In this document: positions 1 through 10,506 of the stretch, piece by piece
Numbering within the stretch: position 1 is the first letter of the stretch
Layout: each line of letters opens with the position of its first letter
NCBI GenBank assembly: GCA_026936335.1
Contig: JAPMXV010000034.1
Location: forward strand, 248,001-312,000
DNA length: 64,000 nucleotides
Direction of reading: 5' to 3'
Origin: Mantamonas sphyraenae STR306
Taxonomy: Eukaryota; Protista; CRuMs
Notes under the pieces: model-generated
What the model saw: only the letters and a program-made list of their open reading frames with translations
Databases searched by the model: none
Told to the model about the DNA's origin: nothing
Translations under genes and position numbers: made by a program

Positions 1-830
1 ACCTCCATTCTCGCAGGCGTCTACAGTGCCAAGTGGATTGCACGCAGCTACACGCTGACCCCTTTGCCCGAGTGGATGTACAACCAGCAAGCAGACGATT
101 TGACACTGGACGTGGTGGTCGATCGCAAGCCCATGCAGTGGCCGCGTGTCACCGTGAACGTGGTGAGCCCGGGCTCGTCGCTGTCTGTGGACGACCTCAG
201 CATCACCGTGGACGGGGTGGCGCCTCGGATTGAATGCACACGGGCCACGCGATGTTCAGCGTCGCTGACTGTGTACGAAACCCGCACGTGTGTGGTGCAA
301 GCAACGTACAAGGGAGTGCGTTTGGAACACAGTGGCACAGAGGTGGAGGTGCGTGTGCCCACAGCAGCGGTGAGGAGTGGTGACAAACACAATCGCGTTC
401 TGCACGTGCTGTGCTGCGCCAGATGCCAGCTGATACAACTCTGGCGCAGGCCTCGGCAGCAAACAAGCTCGGGACGCAGGGTGTGTGGTCACAGACGGTG
501 GTCCAACGAGGGTGGTGATTGCCAGTGAAGCTCGCGTTCCAAGATGCACAGGGCAATGTGCACATCGGCGTTGCCTGCGACCCCCACCTGCAGCAGTGGG
601 CCTCATCGCAGCAGGCGGCCGTTCACAACAGCCGTAGCTAGTGGTGAGCGGGGCTGTTGTCTGTGGAAGGACCTCGATCGCCGACACCCACCAGCGACCC
701 ACACACCAGGGAATGGGTGCGACGAGGACGGCCTCCTCTCATCCAGCCCCAGCGTCATCCACCGAACCAACGCACAAAAGCAACAGCATGGACGCCGTTC
801 ACTGCCTACATTGAAAACGCGCTGTACACC
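1..830 (+). pseudogene. 3' part of a filamin/Ig-like-repeat gene running in from the window edge, followed by a stop-interrupted, possibly SPRY-like remnant
   Basis: Frame 1 is open from base 1 to 369. SASLTVYETRTCVVQATYKGVRLEHSGTEVEV resembles the end of a filamin repeat. A putative GT-AG intron spans 370-422. The downstream frame reads protein-like (VWSQTVVQRGW*LPVKL...NVHIGVA) but has stops at 516, 639 and 645. Confidence 0.35.
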
Positions 831-3624
831 CCCCTCAGACTCTCCAGTTCGCTTCCCCACCCCCCTCGATGGGCTGTCTTGCAATATGGCCTGTCAGACA
901 CAACGATCCCCAGAGACGCCAAAAACTTGGCTCCTCCCTTGCGCACATACCGCGACCAGTCCTTTTCGCCGAACCTGTACCCACACTCCAACAGCACTTG
1001 CAAACGGATCAGCGCATCATCAGAGTAAAACGAATCCGATGACAGCACCTCGCGAGCCAATTCGCTCAAATCCCCCCGTTGTGCATGGCACTCCTGGCGG
1101 ACTCTCTCTACCTTTTCCCACCTCTTCTGCGTTCGCTCACCAAGTTCCCCTCTCACGGCCTCGTACATCCCTCTTGTCACCAACATATATGGGCTGCGGG
1201 ACACCAGTTCCTCCAGGGCGCGCGGATCCTTGTGCAGTTGCACCAGGTTCACCAACATGCGCCTGTCCACCTCGTCGTGGATTTCATGCAGCTTCTCAAG
1301 TGCGCTCGAGCTGTCCAACTCGTATAGATACGCACATGTTTCCATCACAGCCTTTCGACTGGTTCCCACCAACCGCTTCAACTCGGGCATCATTCCTTGG
1401 TCCATGAGCCCACGGACGATGCGCCTCTGCAGCTCTTCACTGTAAAAACGGAAGCCGTCGATTCCAGGCATCATGATGCCCAGTACCTTTACAGGGAACC
1501 CATCGTCCAGCAGCTGCATCCACCTTTCCTCAGTCGCCAGTTCCTTCGACCACCGCCCCGTCTCCAGCTCTTCTGCGTTCACGAGCTTGCCCACCTCCAC
1601 CACATCCTCGTTCTCCAGCCCCTCCATGGCCACTGTCATCACCTCCGAGTCGTTGCAGGGGTCTTTCCTCACGGTTCTGCTCGTCCACTGCCGCACGTAG
1701 TCCACAAACGCCGCAGCCCCATTCTCCCTGCACACACTCACACATCGATTCACTTGCTGTTGCCAGCGTTCTTGCAAGCGATCCCAAATGGCTTCGGCAT
1801 GTGCGTACCGATTCAACTCACAAGGCACCCACAATGCGCTGTCGTCGTCATCGAACTTCTCCTTGGAAAACAGGATTGGCAACAGCCTTTCGTCATGGTC
1901 ACCTTTGTAGCACTCGAGTACGGTCTCGAGCCCCAGATGCGCCGTGTGCTGCTTCACTGCCCACAGCACAGAATTATTGCGTTTCCCCGTTTTGTCAAGG
2001 GCACGCTTGAGGAATCGTGCCACATGCTCTTGCGGAAGCACCATGCCCTTGCTCTCAAGGTGCACCCTCAGATCACGAGGTTCGGCCACGTCAATAACCT
2101 TCTCCCATGCCTTTCGTTGCACCAGTGCAGCCAGAAGCGTCTGGAGTTGATACTCCCGATATAGCCGTGCCACGGCATCCTTGTCCAGTTTTGCCACGAT
2201 TTCAGGTGTGTTGGCTATCCACTCCTCCGTTGCCTTGTCCCTCCGTGCAGCCTTGTACAGCAGGTTGGCATGCTTGACAAGTGTGCCCATGGCCTTTTCC
2301 TCGCCCTGCACCAGGATGAGTGCCTTGTGCAGAACACGGAAATGCACGTTCTTGAAAACAGCATTCATGGGTAGCGTGGACAGAACACATGAAACCAGTG
2401 CGCGGTTGTCCAGCACCTTTGCCAACTCCTGCAACAGAGTCAAGTTCTTCTTCGACTCACAGATTGCTTGCAACGCCTTTGGCCACTCCCGTTCTGGCAA
2501 CATGTCTGCAATGCAGGCAAGCATGCCATCACATCCGCTCATTCCCGCTGCCATTGCTTCCTTCACACCAGCGAGGCCGTGTCCCACAAACACCTGCGTC
2601 AGTGCGGAAGCGGTGTGCCGCATCCGCCAACCTGGCTCTAGAATTGCCTTTTTCACGTTTGTAACGATGATGGGCAGTGGCACGTCTGCCAGTGTTCGTC
2701 CCATCGAGTCTGCGTCACCTAGGGTTCCGTACACTTGGTTCGACCACACTGCTTTGCCATCGTAGATCGCCTCCATGCTGGAGTACACACGGAAGGATTG
2801 CAGTAGACTCCTCGGAGCATCTGATGCCAACAACACGCTGTACCCTGCCTCGGGGAAGGGCACACAGGCCGAGACGGCCTCCGAAAGGGCTTTGTGGGTG
2901 CTCTTGCTCAGTTTCGTTCGCCGAAGCACACAGTGCAACACAGACAGCGACCGTCCACACACAGATGGCAAGTCCTCCACATGCATGCGTTCAGGCACAC
3001 TGTTCTCCCCAAACAGCTCAAAGAGGGCCCGGTTCCAGTACAGCCGGTGCAGCCGTGGCACCCGTTGCCGTTTGTGTCCAAACTTGACCACCACACCGCC
3101 AATTTCGCCCAGTGTGGACACAAGGGTGCTCCTCAGTGGCTGATTGTCCACTTGGTACAGGTCGCCCATGTCCACCATGTGTGTGTTGATGGAGAAGAGG
3201 GCAAGCGCGCCGCCGACGTCCAAACGAGGCACCACGCGCTCCCACACCTCCACTGGCACCTGTGACAGCAGTGTGTCCATGCGAGAGGGTGGTGTTGTCT
3301 GGCGACGGGGGCGACGTGACGCAGTTTTCTGTGCTGCGTCACCCAGCTGCTGCTGCTGGTCGCCGGCTTCCGATCTGTACACGGGTTCACCATGACCATG
3401 TCAGCACAGGGAATGGGTGGAGTGGATGGCTGTAGTGCTTCCTACCTGCTTGCCCGTGTGTCGTCCACCGTCATGTCGTCGGTGTGGCTGGCGAGCTTTG
3501 CCGCAGCTCGCATCTTGGCCACCCGCTGACGTTTGGGCGCGGGGGTGGCGTCAACGGACGGGTTCTCTTCCCCATCAGCCACATCCTCCTCCTCTTCATC
3601 CACCGTGGCACGCTTTCGTGACAT
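806..3624 (-). CDS. F-box-like protein with a long helical C-terminal region (2 exons)
   Basis: ATG at 3624. Intron 3445-3375 (GTAGGA...GCTGAC...ACAG) joins in frame to the 858-aa ORF. LLSQVPVEVWERVVPRLDVGGALALFSIN fits the F-box pattern, and there is a basic NLS-like PKRQR. Confidence 0.6.
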
Positions 3625-3817
3625 GAATGTGTGTCCTTGTGTGGATTTCCTTTGGCAACGCCCGAGCTGGCACGAACCATGCGCAAAAGGGGAACCAACG
3701 CACCAAAGCAACTGCATGGACTCCGTTCCATTCGCTGTTTCTTGCATAGTCCTACGACGGTGTGCTATGCGACGGATGTGACACAACAACACGAAACACA
3801 CACACAGTGGGGGGACA

Positions 3818-5841
3818 ATGAGCACAATCGCACGGGGCAAGGGCAAGGGCAAGGCAGACAGCAGCAGCAGCAACACCAACCATGGGACGGGCAGTGCGCA
3901 TGGTCTGTCTACAGATGGACCTGACCATTACCTGCAGTCGGAGCGCACAAAGACCTACGGCCCTCTTTCCCCGCTGCAGGGCAAGGCAGGACCCGACAAA
4001 TCACCGGCAGTGCGCACGCTGTATCATGACATGTACAAAAATGGCCTGTGTGCCGACGTGGAGATTGTGCTGGAAGGACTGGATGGAGCGGGTGAGTGGT
4101 CAGTAGCGGAAGGAAGAGATTGAACCACGCTCACACCAGCGAATGGACAAATGACGGGACACCAGATGGAGACGATCTGGGAGGAAAGGATGTGGTGCTC
4201 CGTGCACACCGTTCGTTTCTGTGTCTGCACAGCGGAATGTGGCGGTATCTGCTGGAGGTTGAGGACGGGGCAGCGTTGTTGGAACACAGCGGGGAGGATG
4301 AACAAGGGGGAGGGATGTTTCGAATGGTGGTGAAGCGTGGCACACAGAGTGTGGGTGTGTTGCGTGCAATGGAAGTGGCTGTGGGGTGGTGCTACGGCGG
4401 TACCCTGCCTGTGACCAACGTGGAGCTGTGTTACAGTCTGTTGGCCGTGGCACAGTTCTGGCTGATGCCCATGCTGACGGAGCATGTGATGCAGTGGGTG
4501 GGACAGGAGCATGATGCAGAGACACTGGTGAGGATGTGTCGTGGGGGGAATCTCGTGGGGGCCATGGGCGTCGCCGAGGTGGTGCACTCCAATGTGTACC
4601 ATGCAAGTGTGTTGCGGTTGGCAAAGGAGTGGAGCAAGGTGGCAGATGCGGTGAGGGATGGCAAGGTGGCACGTCGGGCGTTTGCGTTTATGCGGGGCTG
4701 TGTGTTTGTGGCGATGGTCAAGGTGGCGTTGGAGCAGCATGAGAAGTATCTGCACATGGGAACGCTGGCACGGGTGGTGGGTGGGTACTTGGACAGTGTG
4801 GATGTGGAGGAGATGGTGGAGGCGGAGGAGGTGGAGTACTTGAGTGGTTTGTTACACGGCGTGGAGCACGACGAGGAGATGGGATTGCTAAAGGCGGCAC
4901 TGGCAACAGATGCGAGTGAACAAGTGACAAGAGAGTTGTGTGTGTCAATTGCAGGGAAGCTGCATGCTTTTCAAGAGGACGGGCGTGTGAACCTGAGCGG
5001 GCTGCCGGTGAGGACAGCGGAGCTCATCCTCAGTCCCGATGAGATCGATGTGGACCATGAGGACGATGTGCTGGAGATCGTAGAGAGATATGTGGCTGAA
5101 CATAATGGAGAGGAGGAGGAGGAAGGGTGGGAGAGGCGGATGTATGCCTGTGTCCGGTTCGGCCTCCTGAGTCCCGAACGCCTGCACGGGCTACAGGTGA
5201 ACGGAGAGTGGGACACGCGGTATGTAGACACGACAGTGTTGACGGATGCCGTGGAAGATACTCTGCGACGCAATTGTGGTCAGCAACCACTCCACAGCTG
5301 CCACCGACAATACCCCACTCCCACACTCAACTGGGACCGGGTCGACCAAAGCCGAGGAACATTCACAAAGGACAGCCTGGATGTGACTACTACCTCCTGG
5401 ACAACATGGGTTGGCAAGACAAAGCTGCGCTCGGGACAGCGATGGAGCGTGCGAGTGGACCGATTGTCCCACAACAAGATCGGCATCTGCAACAGCGGCT
5501 GTCACCCCACAGAAACCGCCGTTGGTAAGCACCACCCCATCTCCGAAACACACACACCATGTACTGACACCGCATGCCTTACAGGATGCACGCACGGAAG
5601 CTACAGCTGGTACTCGTACGGCTCGGGTGCCAAGACGTTCAAGAATGGAACTGCCTCCTCCACCACCGCGCTCTTCAACCAAGGCGACACTGTAACTGTG
5701 GAGCTGGACACCACAGCCCACACACTGACCTTCTCCCGCAACGGCAATGTCGACGTCACCATCCACAACATTGCCGACGACACCTTCTACCCTGCCTTCA
5801 GCTGCCACAATGCCAAGATGACCATTGTGCCCACACCATAG
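3818..5841 (+). CDS. BTB/POZ-BACK-SPRY(B30.2) protein, probable Cullin-3 adaptor (2 exons)
   Basis: LCADVEIVL...AHRSFLCLHSGMWRYLL is BTB; LSPDEIDVDHEDDVLE...VRFGLLSPERL is BACK; WSVRVD...IGIC...GDTVTVELDTTAHTLTFSRNG...FYPAFS is SPRY. Intron 4092-4165 restores the frame. Confidence 0.85.
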
Positions 5842-5866
5842 ACCAATCAACAACATCACCGTACCT

Positions 5867-8365
5867 TCAATCACCCTCCCCCTGCCCACTCCCACCCTCC
5901 ACCCACCCAATCGTCACCTCCGCCTCCTCCAATCCCTGCTCGAAACTCCTCACCAACCCATCCACCCTCCCTTTCCCACCCTCCCCCTGCTCCTTCTCCA
6001 ACCACCCCCTCACCGCATCCACCTGCCCCCTCTCCCGCAAACTCCCCACCACCAGCTTCACCATCCTGGAAAACATCACCAGCCCGTGGTACCGCCCGTA
6101 CAGCACTTCCCACTCCCGCTCCACCCACTCCCAAATCTCTCCTGCCCGCCCGTGCCGACGCAGCGCCCCAAACACCGTAATCGCCTCCTGCATCTCCACC
6201 TCCTCCAACACCCACCCCAACAGCTCTTCCAAACACTCCTCCGTCGCACACAGCGCCCGCAGCAGCGCCACCTTTTCCTCTGCGCTCTCTGCGCCTCGCC
6301 ATGCCTCCCGCACCTCCTCAAACGCCTCCTTCCCGCCTGTCGCCACCCCCACACGCAGCACCACGTTTCTCAGGTCTCCCTTCAACGACCCACGCCCCTC
6401 TGCAAACACCTTGGCCGCACGACCCTGCACCTCCTCGTCCCCGCCCGCCGCCAGCTGTCCGATCGCCAGCGCACGCACCTGGCTCACCTCCGAGTCCTCT
6501 CCCTCCACAGCCTCCCACCCGACACGTTCCAGCGCCTGTGCAAACACCGCCTGCAGCCGCGCCCCGGCCTCTCGCCCAAACGCATGCCGCACCGCGCTCG
6601 CCGTCTCCGCCACCTCTGCCAGCAGCGCGTGTTCCGACTCCTCCTTGAAGCCCTCCTCCACCACACGCAGCACCTGCTCCAGCTCCACACGCCCCGCCCG
6701 GCTCAACTCCCGCGTGTCTGCAAGCACCCCCAGCCGGTCTTCGCTCGGCAGCTCGCTCAGCACAGGCAGCAGCGCCTCCAGCAGCGACGCCTCGTACTCC
6801 ACACGCACAAACGACGCGTTTGACGCGTTTGCCTTGACCCACGCCCCGTCCCCGTCTCCCTGTGCCACGTCTGCCCACGCCACACGCGTCTCCCGCTCGC
6901 GCAGCATCACAGGCTCCTCCACGCCCACAAATCGCAGCGGAATCACCCACAGCGCCTCCTCGTCCGCCTCTCCCGTCGCCAGCATGCGCTCCTGACGCAG
7001 CACCAGCTCCGAGCCCTCCCGTCGCACCTGCACCACCGGGAAGCCCGTCTGCCGGATCCACCCGTCCATCATTTCGTGCACCCCGTCCCCGAGCGCCGCC
7101 CACAGGTCCTCCGTTTCGGTGCACCCGTACGCGTTTGCCGCCAGGTAGCTCGCCAGACCCTTGTCCATCTGCTCTCCCAGCGCCGCACGCAGCATCCGGA
7201 TCAGCGACGCCCCCTTCAGGTACGAAATCGTGTCAAACACTTCGCTGATCCCCGCCGGCGACGAGATGTCCACCAGTACAGGGTGCGACGACGCAAGCGC
7301 GTCCAGCTGCAGCGCCGGCTGCTGCACCCCGTTCACAAACTGCGCCCACACACGCCACTCCGACCCAAACTTGTCCTCCATCGCACGGAAGCTCAGGTAC
7401 GTGGCAAAGCCCTCCTTCAGCCACAGGCCCGACCACCACGCAGGCGTCACCAGGTTCCCAAACCACTGGTGCGCAATCTCGTGCGCCACCACCTCGGCCA
7501 CACGCTGCCGCCCGGCCACACTTGTTCCCTCGTCCGACAGCAGCGCCGTGTCCCGAAACGTCACGCAGCCCCAGTTTTCCATCGCTCCGATCGGGAACGA
7601 CGGGATCGCCAGCAGATCCAGCTTCGGCAGCATGTACGGCACCTCAAACAGCTCTGCAAAGTAGTCCACCGCGTGTGCCGCCACCTCCAGCGCAAACCGA
7701 CCCTGCTCGCTCCTCCCAGGCGGCGTGAGCACACGCAGCGGCGTCCCGGCCGGCGACACGCTCTCCACGCTGTCAAACCGGCCCACCACCCAGCCCAGCA
7801 GGTACGTCGACATTGCAGGCGTCGCCTCAAACGCCCACGTCCCGCTCCCGTCCTCGTGCTCCGCCACAGGCATGTTGGACACCACCGTCAGCTTGGCGTC
7901 CACCTCGAACCGAAGCGCCACCGTCGCCTTCAGGTCCGGCTGGTCAAAGCACGGAAACGCCCGCCGCGCCGTGTGCGGCTCAAAGTGCGTCGACGCCATC
8001 AGCTCCCCCTTGTACTGCGACAAGTAGAACCCGCTCATCTTTTCGCTCAGCGCATACTCAAACGTGAGTTCCAGCACAGCCTCCACGCCTGCCGGCAGCG
8101 CAGGATCCACGCGGAGGGTTTGCGTTTCCGCCAGCGTGTCGTACTCGCCCACCGTCACCGTGTGCGACGTCTCTCCACACACCACCGTTTGGCTCGTCAC
8201 CTCCATGTCCTTCACATTGATCACAATCTCCTCCACCGCCGCGCTTGCGTGCGTCGCCAACGCCACGCGCACACTTCCTGTGCACCTCTTTTCGTCCAGC
8301 TTCGGCGCCAGCGACACCTCGTACGCTGTCGGCTTCGGATTGGTCTCGGGCAACGTCAGTGTCAT
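5867..8365 (-). CDS. M1-family (puromycin-sensitive-type) aminopeptidase
   Basis: GAMENWG, HEIAHQWFGNLVT...WLKEGFA zinc motif, STHFEP..ARRAFPCFD and FDTISYLKG. Intronless; first in-frame ATG at 8365. Confidence 0.95.
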   Translation of the reverse strand: MTLTLPETNPKPTAYEVSLAPKLDEKRCTGSVRVALATHASAAVEEIVINVKDMEVTSQTVVCGETSHTVTVGEYDTLAETQTLRVDPALPAGVEAVLELTFEYALSEKMSGFYLSQYKGELMASTHFEPHTARRAFPCFDQPDLKATVALRFEVDAKLTVVSNMPVAEHEDGSGTWAFEATPAMSTYLLGWVVGRFDSVESVSPAGTPLRVLTPPGRSEQGRFALEVAAHAVDYFAELFEVPYMLPKLDLLAIPSFPIGAMENWGCVTFRDTALLSDEGTSVAGRQRVAEVVAHEIAHQWFGNLVTPAWWSGLWLKEGFATYLSFRAMEDKFGSEWRVWAQFVNGVQQPALQLDALASSHPVLVDISSPAGISEVFDTISYLKGASLIRMLRAALGEQMDKGLASYLAANAYGCTETEDLWAALGDGVHEMMDGWIRQTGFPVVQVRREGSELVLRQERMLATGEADEEALWVIPLRFVGVEEPVMLRERETRVAWADVAQGDGDGAWVKANASNASFVRVEYEASLLEALLPVLSELPSEDRLGVLADTRELSRAGRVELEQVLRVVEEGFKEESEHALLAEVAETASAVRHAFGREAGARLQAVFAQALERVGWEAVEGEDSEVSQVRALAIGQLAAGGDEEVQGRAAKVFAEGRGSLKGDLRNVVLRVGVATGGKEAFEEVREAWRGAESAEEKVALLRALCATEECLEELLGWVLEEVEMQEAITVFGALRRHGRAGEIWEWVEREWEVLYGRYHGLVMFSRMVKLVVGSLRERGQVDAVRGWLEKEQGEGGKGRVDGLVRSFEQGLEEAEVTIGWVEGGSGQGEGD

Positions 8366-8475
8366 CGGGAATTCCGGTGGCCCGGCCCCCGCCGAGCGCT
8401 GCGCCAATGCGTCCGAGGAGCGCCATCAAACGTAAACGTCCAGTGATGGTCAGTCCCTTGTGTAGAGGACACCAA

Positions 8476-8640
8476 GGAGTGAGAGGAGTGAGAGAATGGG
8501 AGTGAGAATGAGAGAGTGGGAGTGAGAATGAGAGAGTGGGAGTGAGAATGAGAGAGTGGGAGTGAGAGTGTGAGAGTGGGAGTGAGAATGAGAGAGTGGG
8601 AGTGAGAGTGTGAGAGTGAGAGAGTGGGAGTGAGAGTGAG
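8476..8640 (+). repeat. Purine-rich tandem repeat with a ~20-nt unit (GAGAGTGGGAGTGAGAATGA and variants)
   Basis: About 7-8 degenerate copies are directly visible in the intergenic region. Confidence 0.9.
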
Positions 8641-8704
8641 CCCAGAGCTGAGCAAGAAGAAGAAGAAGCTTGAGATCAGATCAATCCTTGCATTGTGGAA
8701 ACAC

Positions 8705-10284
8705 TCACCACTTGGAATACTCCTCCTTGAGCGAATCGGCAAGGTCCGGATGTGTGGAACTCAGGTTGTCCGGATTCTGCACGTAGCAGACGATGAGCGT
8801 GGTGGCACCAGAGTCGAGCGGAGTGAGGGACACCATGGTGATGGAGTAGCCGATGATGAGGCCGATGACGGAGGAGATGACCCACCAGGAGATGCTTGTC
8901 GGGTCAGAGTTTGGCCACTGAATGTAGGCGGCAACAAAGGTGGCAACGGCCGTGACCAGGGCTCCGATGATTCCACCCATCGTGAGCACATTGTCCACCA
9001 AGGTGTCGTTGATGATGGACTCCCATCCATTGTTGACAAAGAGGTGCCACGTGGCAGAGGCAGCCTCGGTGAAGCTCTTGCCGTAGATGGCGACCTGAAC
9101 GTACGCCCAGTGGTTGAAGTACTGCACGAGACTGTCCAGACATCGCAGAAAGCACAGACACAAGGAGCCGATGATGGAGTTTTCGTCTGTGGAAGAACGC
9201 ACAATGGCACGCATCAACTTGATCAGCGCCACCACGAGGGAACCGAAACAAATGCTCCCAAACGAGTACGTGGTGGCGCGCTTGAAGGACTTTGCAGTGG
9301 GGTTGTCCGGCATGTTGCCCTCGTCCATAAAGTACCAGGTGGCATACGTGCCGCTGCACGTGACATGAACCACATTCATGATGACCTGCGACCCCCAGTA
9401 GAACGTGAGCAGCAGGAGGACCTGAACCCATGCATTCTGTTGGTTGACTGCAAACGACAGAAGAAAGACGATACTCCATGCCAAGCTCACAGGAACGGCC
9501 ACGTAGGCCACAGTGATCATATTTGGAAACTCGCGCGTGATGCGCGACACGGTGCTCAGGATCTGTGCGGCGAATCCCAGCCGGTTCCGCACTTGCCAGT
9601 AGATGAGGCATGTGAAAAGAAACAGGATGCCAGTGATCACAATGCCCATGATGTTGCCGGTGAAGATGTTGACCACAAGCAGCAGAGCAGAGATGGCCAA
9701 GCTGCCAAAGATGCCCAGACGGATCAGCCCAGCTGGATGCTCGACCATCAACTTGAGCCAAACGACAGAAAAGATTCCCGCAACGGCCACACCCACACCC
9801 AGCGCAATGACAAGGCTTTGGACTTCCTCTGCGAGGTTGCGAATGAGCAGGCAGAAAGGGTCGACGGGGACCATGCATGGGTGCATTTCAGTGTTAGGAT
9901 ACTGATCCCCAGGCTTTTGCACATTCGCTATGGGTCTGGGGACACGTGTAAGCTGCCATGAGAACGGCCGGAGGGTTTCAACATACGTGCGATCAAATCC
10001 GGCGTCGTTTCGCCCAGGTCGGTTCCAGATCCGCCTTCAAGACGGTCTGCATTGATGATGAGGAAGGCAAACATTGCTGCTGTACAAACGACAAAGAGGA
10101 TGGCAGCCCAAACGTCCTTGAATCCCGGGGATTCCTGTTCAATGACTTGTGTCAGCTACACTTTCCGGATGTGTTTCCATTTTTCAACACTTGCAACAGA
10201 CCCACGTACCTCATTGTTGCTTTTCACAATGACCGGTTTCTGACCCTGATCGGATGGTGATGGTTGGACGGATGAAGAGCGCAT
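8705..10284 (-). CDS. Choline-transporter-like (CTL/SLC44/Pns1) membrane protein (3 exons)
   Basis: PGFKDVWAAILF, SFKRATTYSFGSICFGSL and YFNHWAYVQVAIYGKSFTEAA motifs. Introns 10209-10135 and 9986-9829. Confidence 0.9.
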
Positions 10285-10506
10285 TTGAGAGTCGAGTTTG
10301 GTTGCACCCGCGCGACATGCTGGAGGTGCCCACAAATCTTCAAAGTCGGTACCCTGCGGTACGAGTCGGGTGATGGAAGGATGGAAGGGTGTTGGGGGGA
10401 AAGGGACCAGGCAGCAGCAGTGGCATTGTTGTCGCCGGGAGCCAGGTCCAGGTCTGTGCGTGCGCATGCACACCCATTTAAACCCACGCCTCCAATTCAC
10501 ACAACC

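Noticed and set aside
516-647. Stop-codon reassignment or selenocysteine in the first gene
   Set aside because: Both TGA and TAG interrupt the frame, and conserved genes in the window terminate at TGA, TAG and TAA. Decay is the simpler explanation.
5574-8446. Long + strand ORFs (473, 332 and 456 aa) over the aminopeptidase
   Set aside because: Antisense shadows of a GC-rich, codon-biased gene, with no recognisable motifs.
8476-8640. CRISPR array or telomeric repeat
   Set aside because: There are no unique spacers and no cas genes, the context is eukaryotic and interstitial, and the unit is degenerate.
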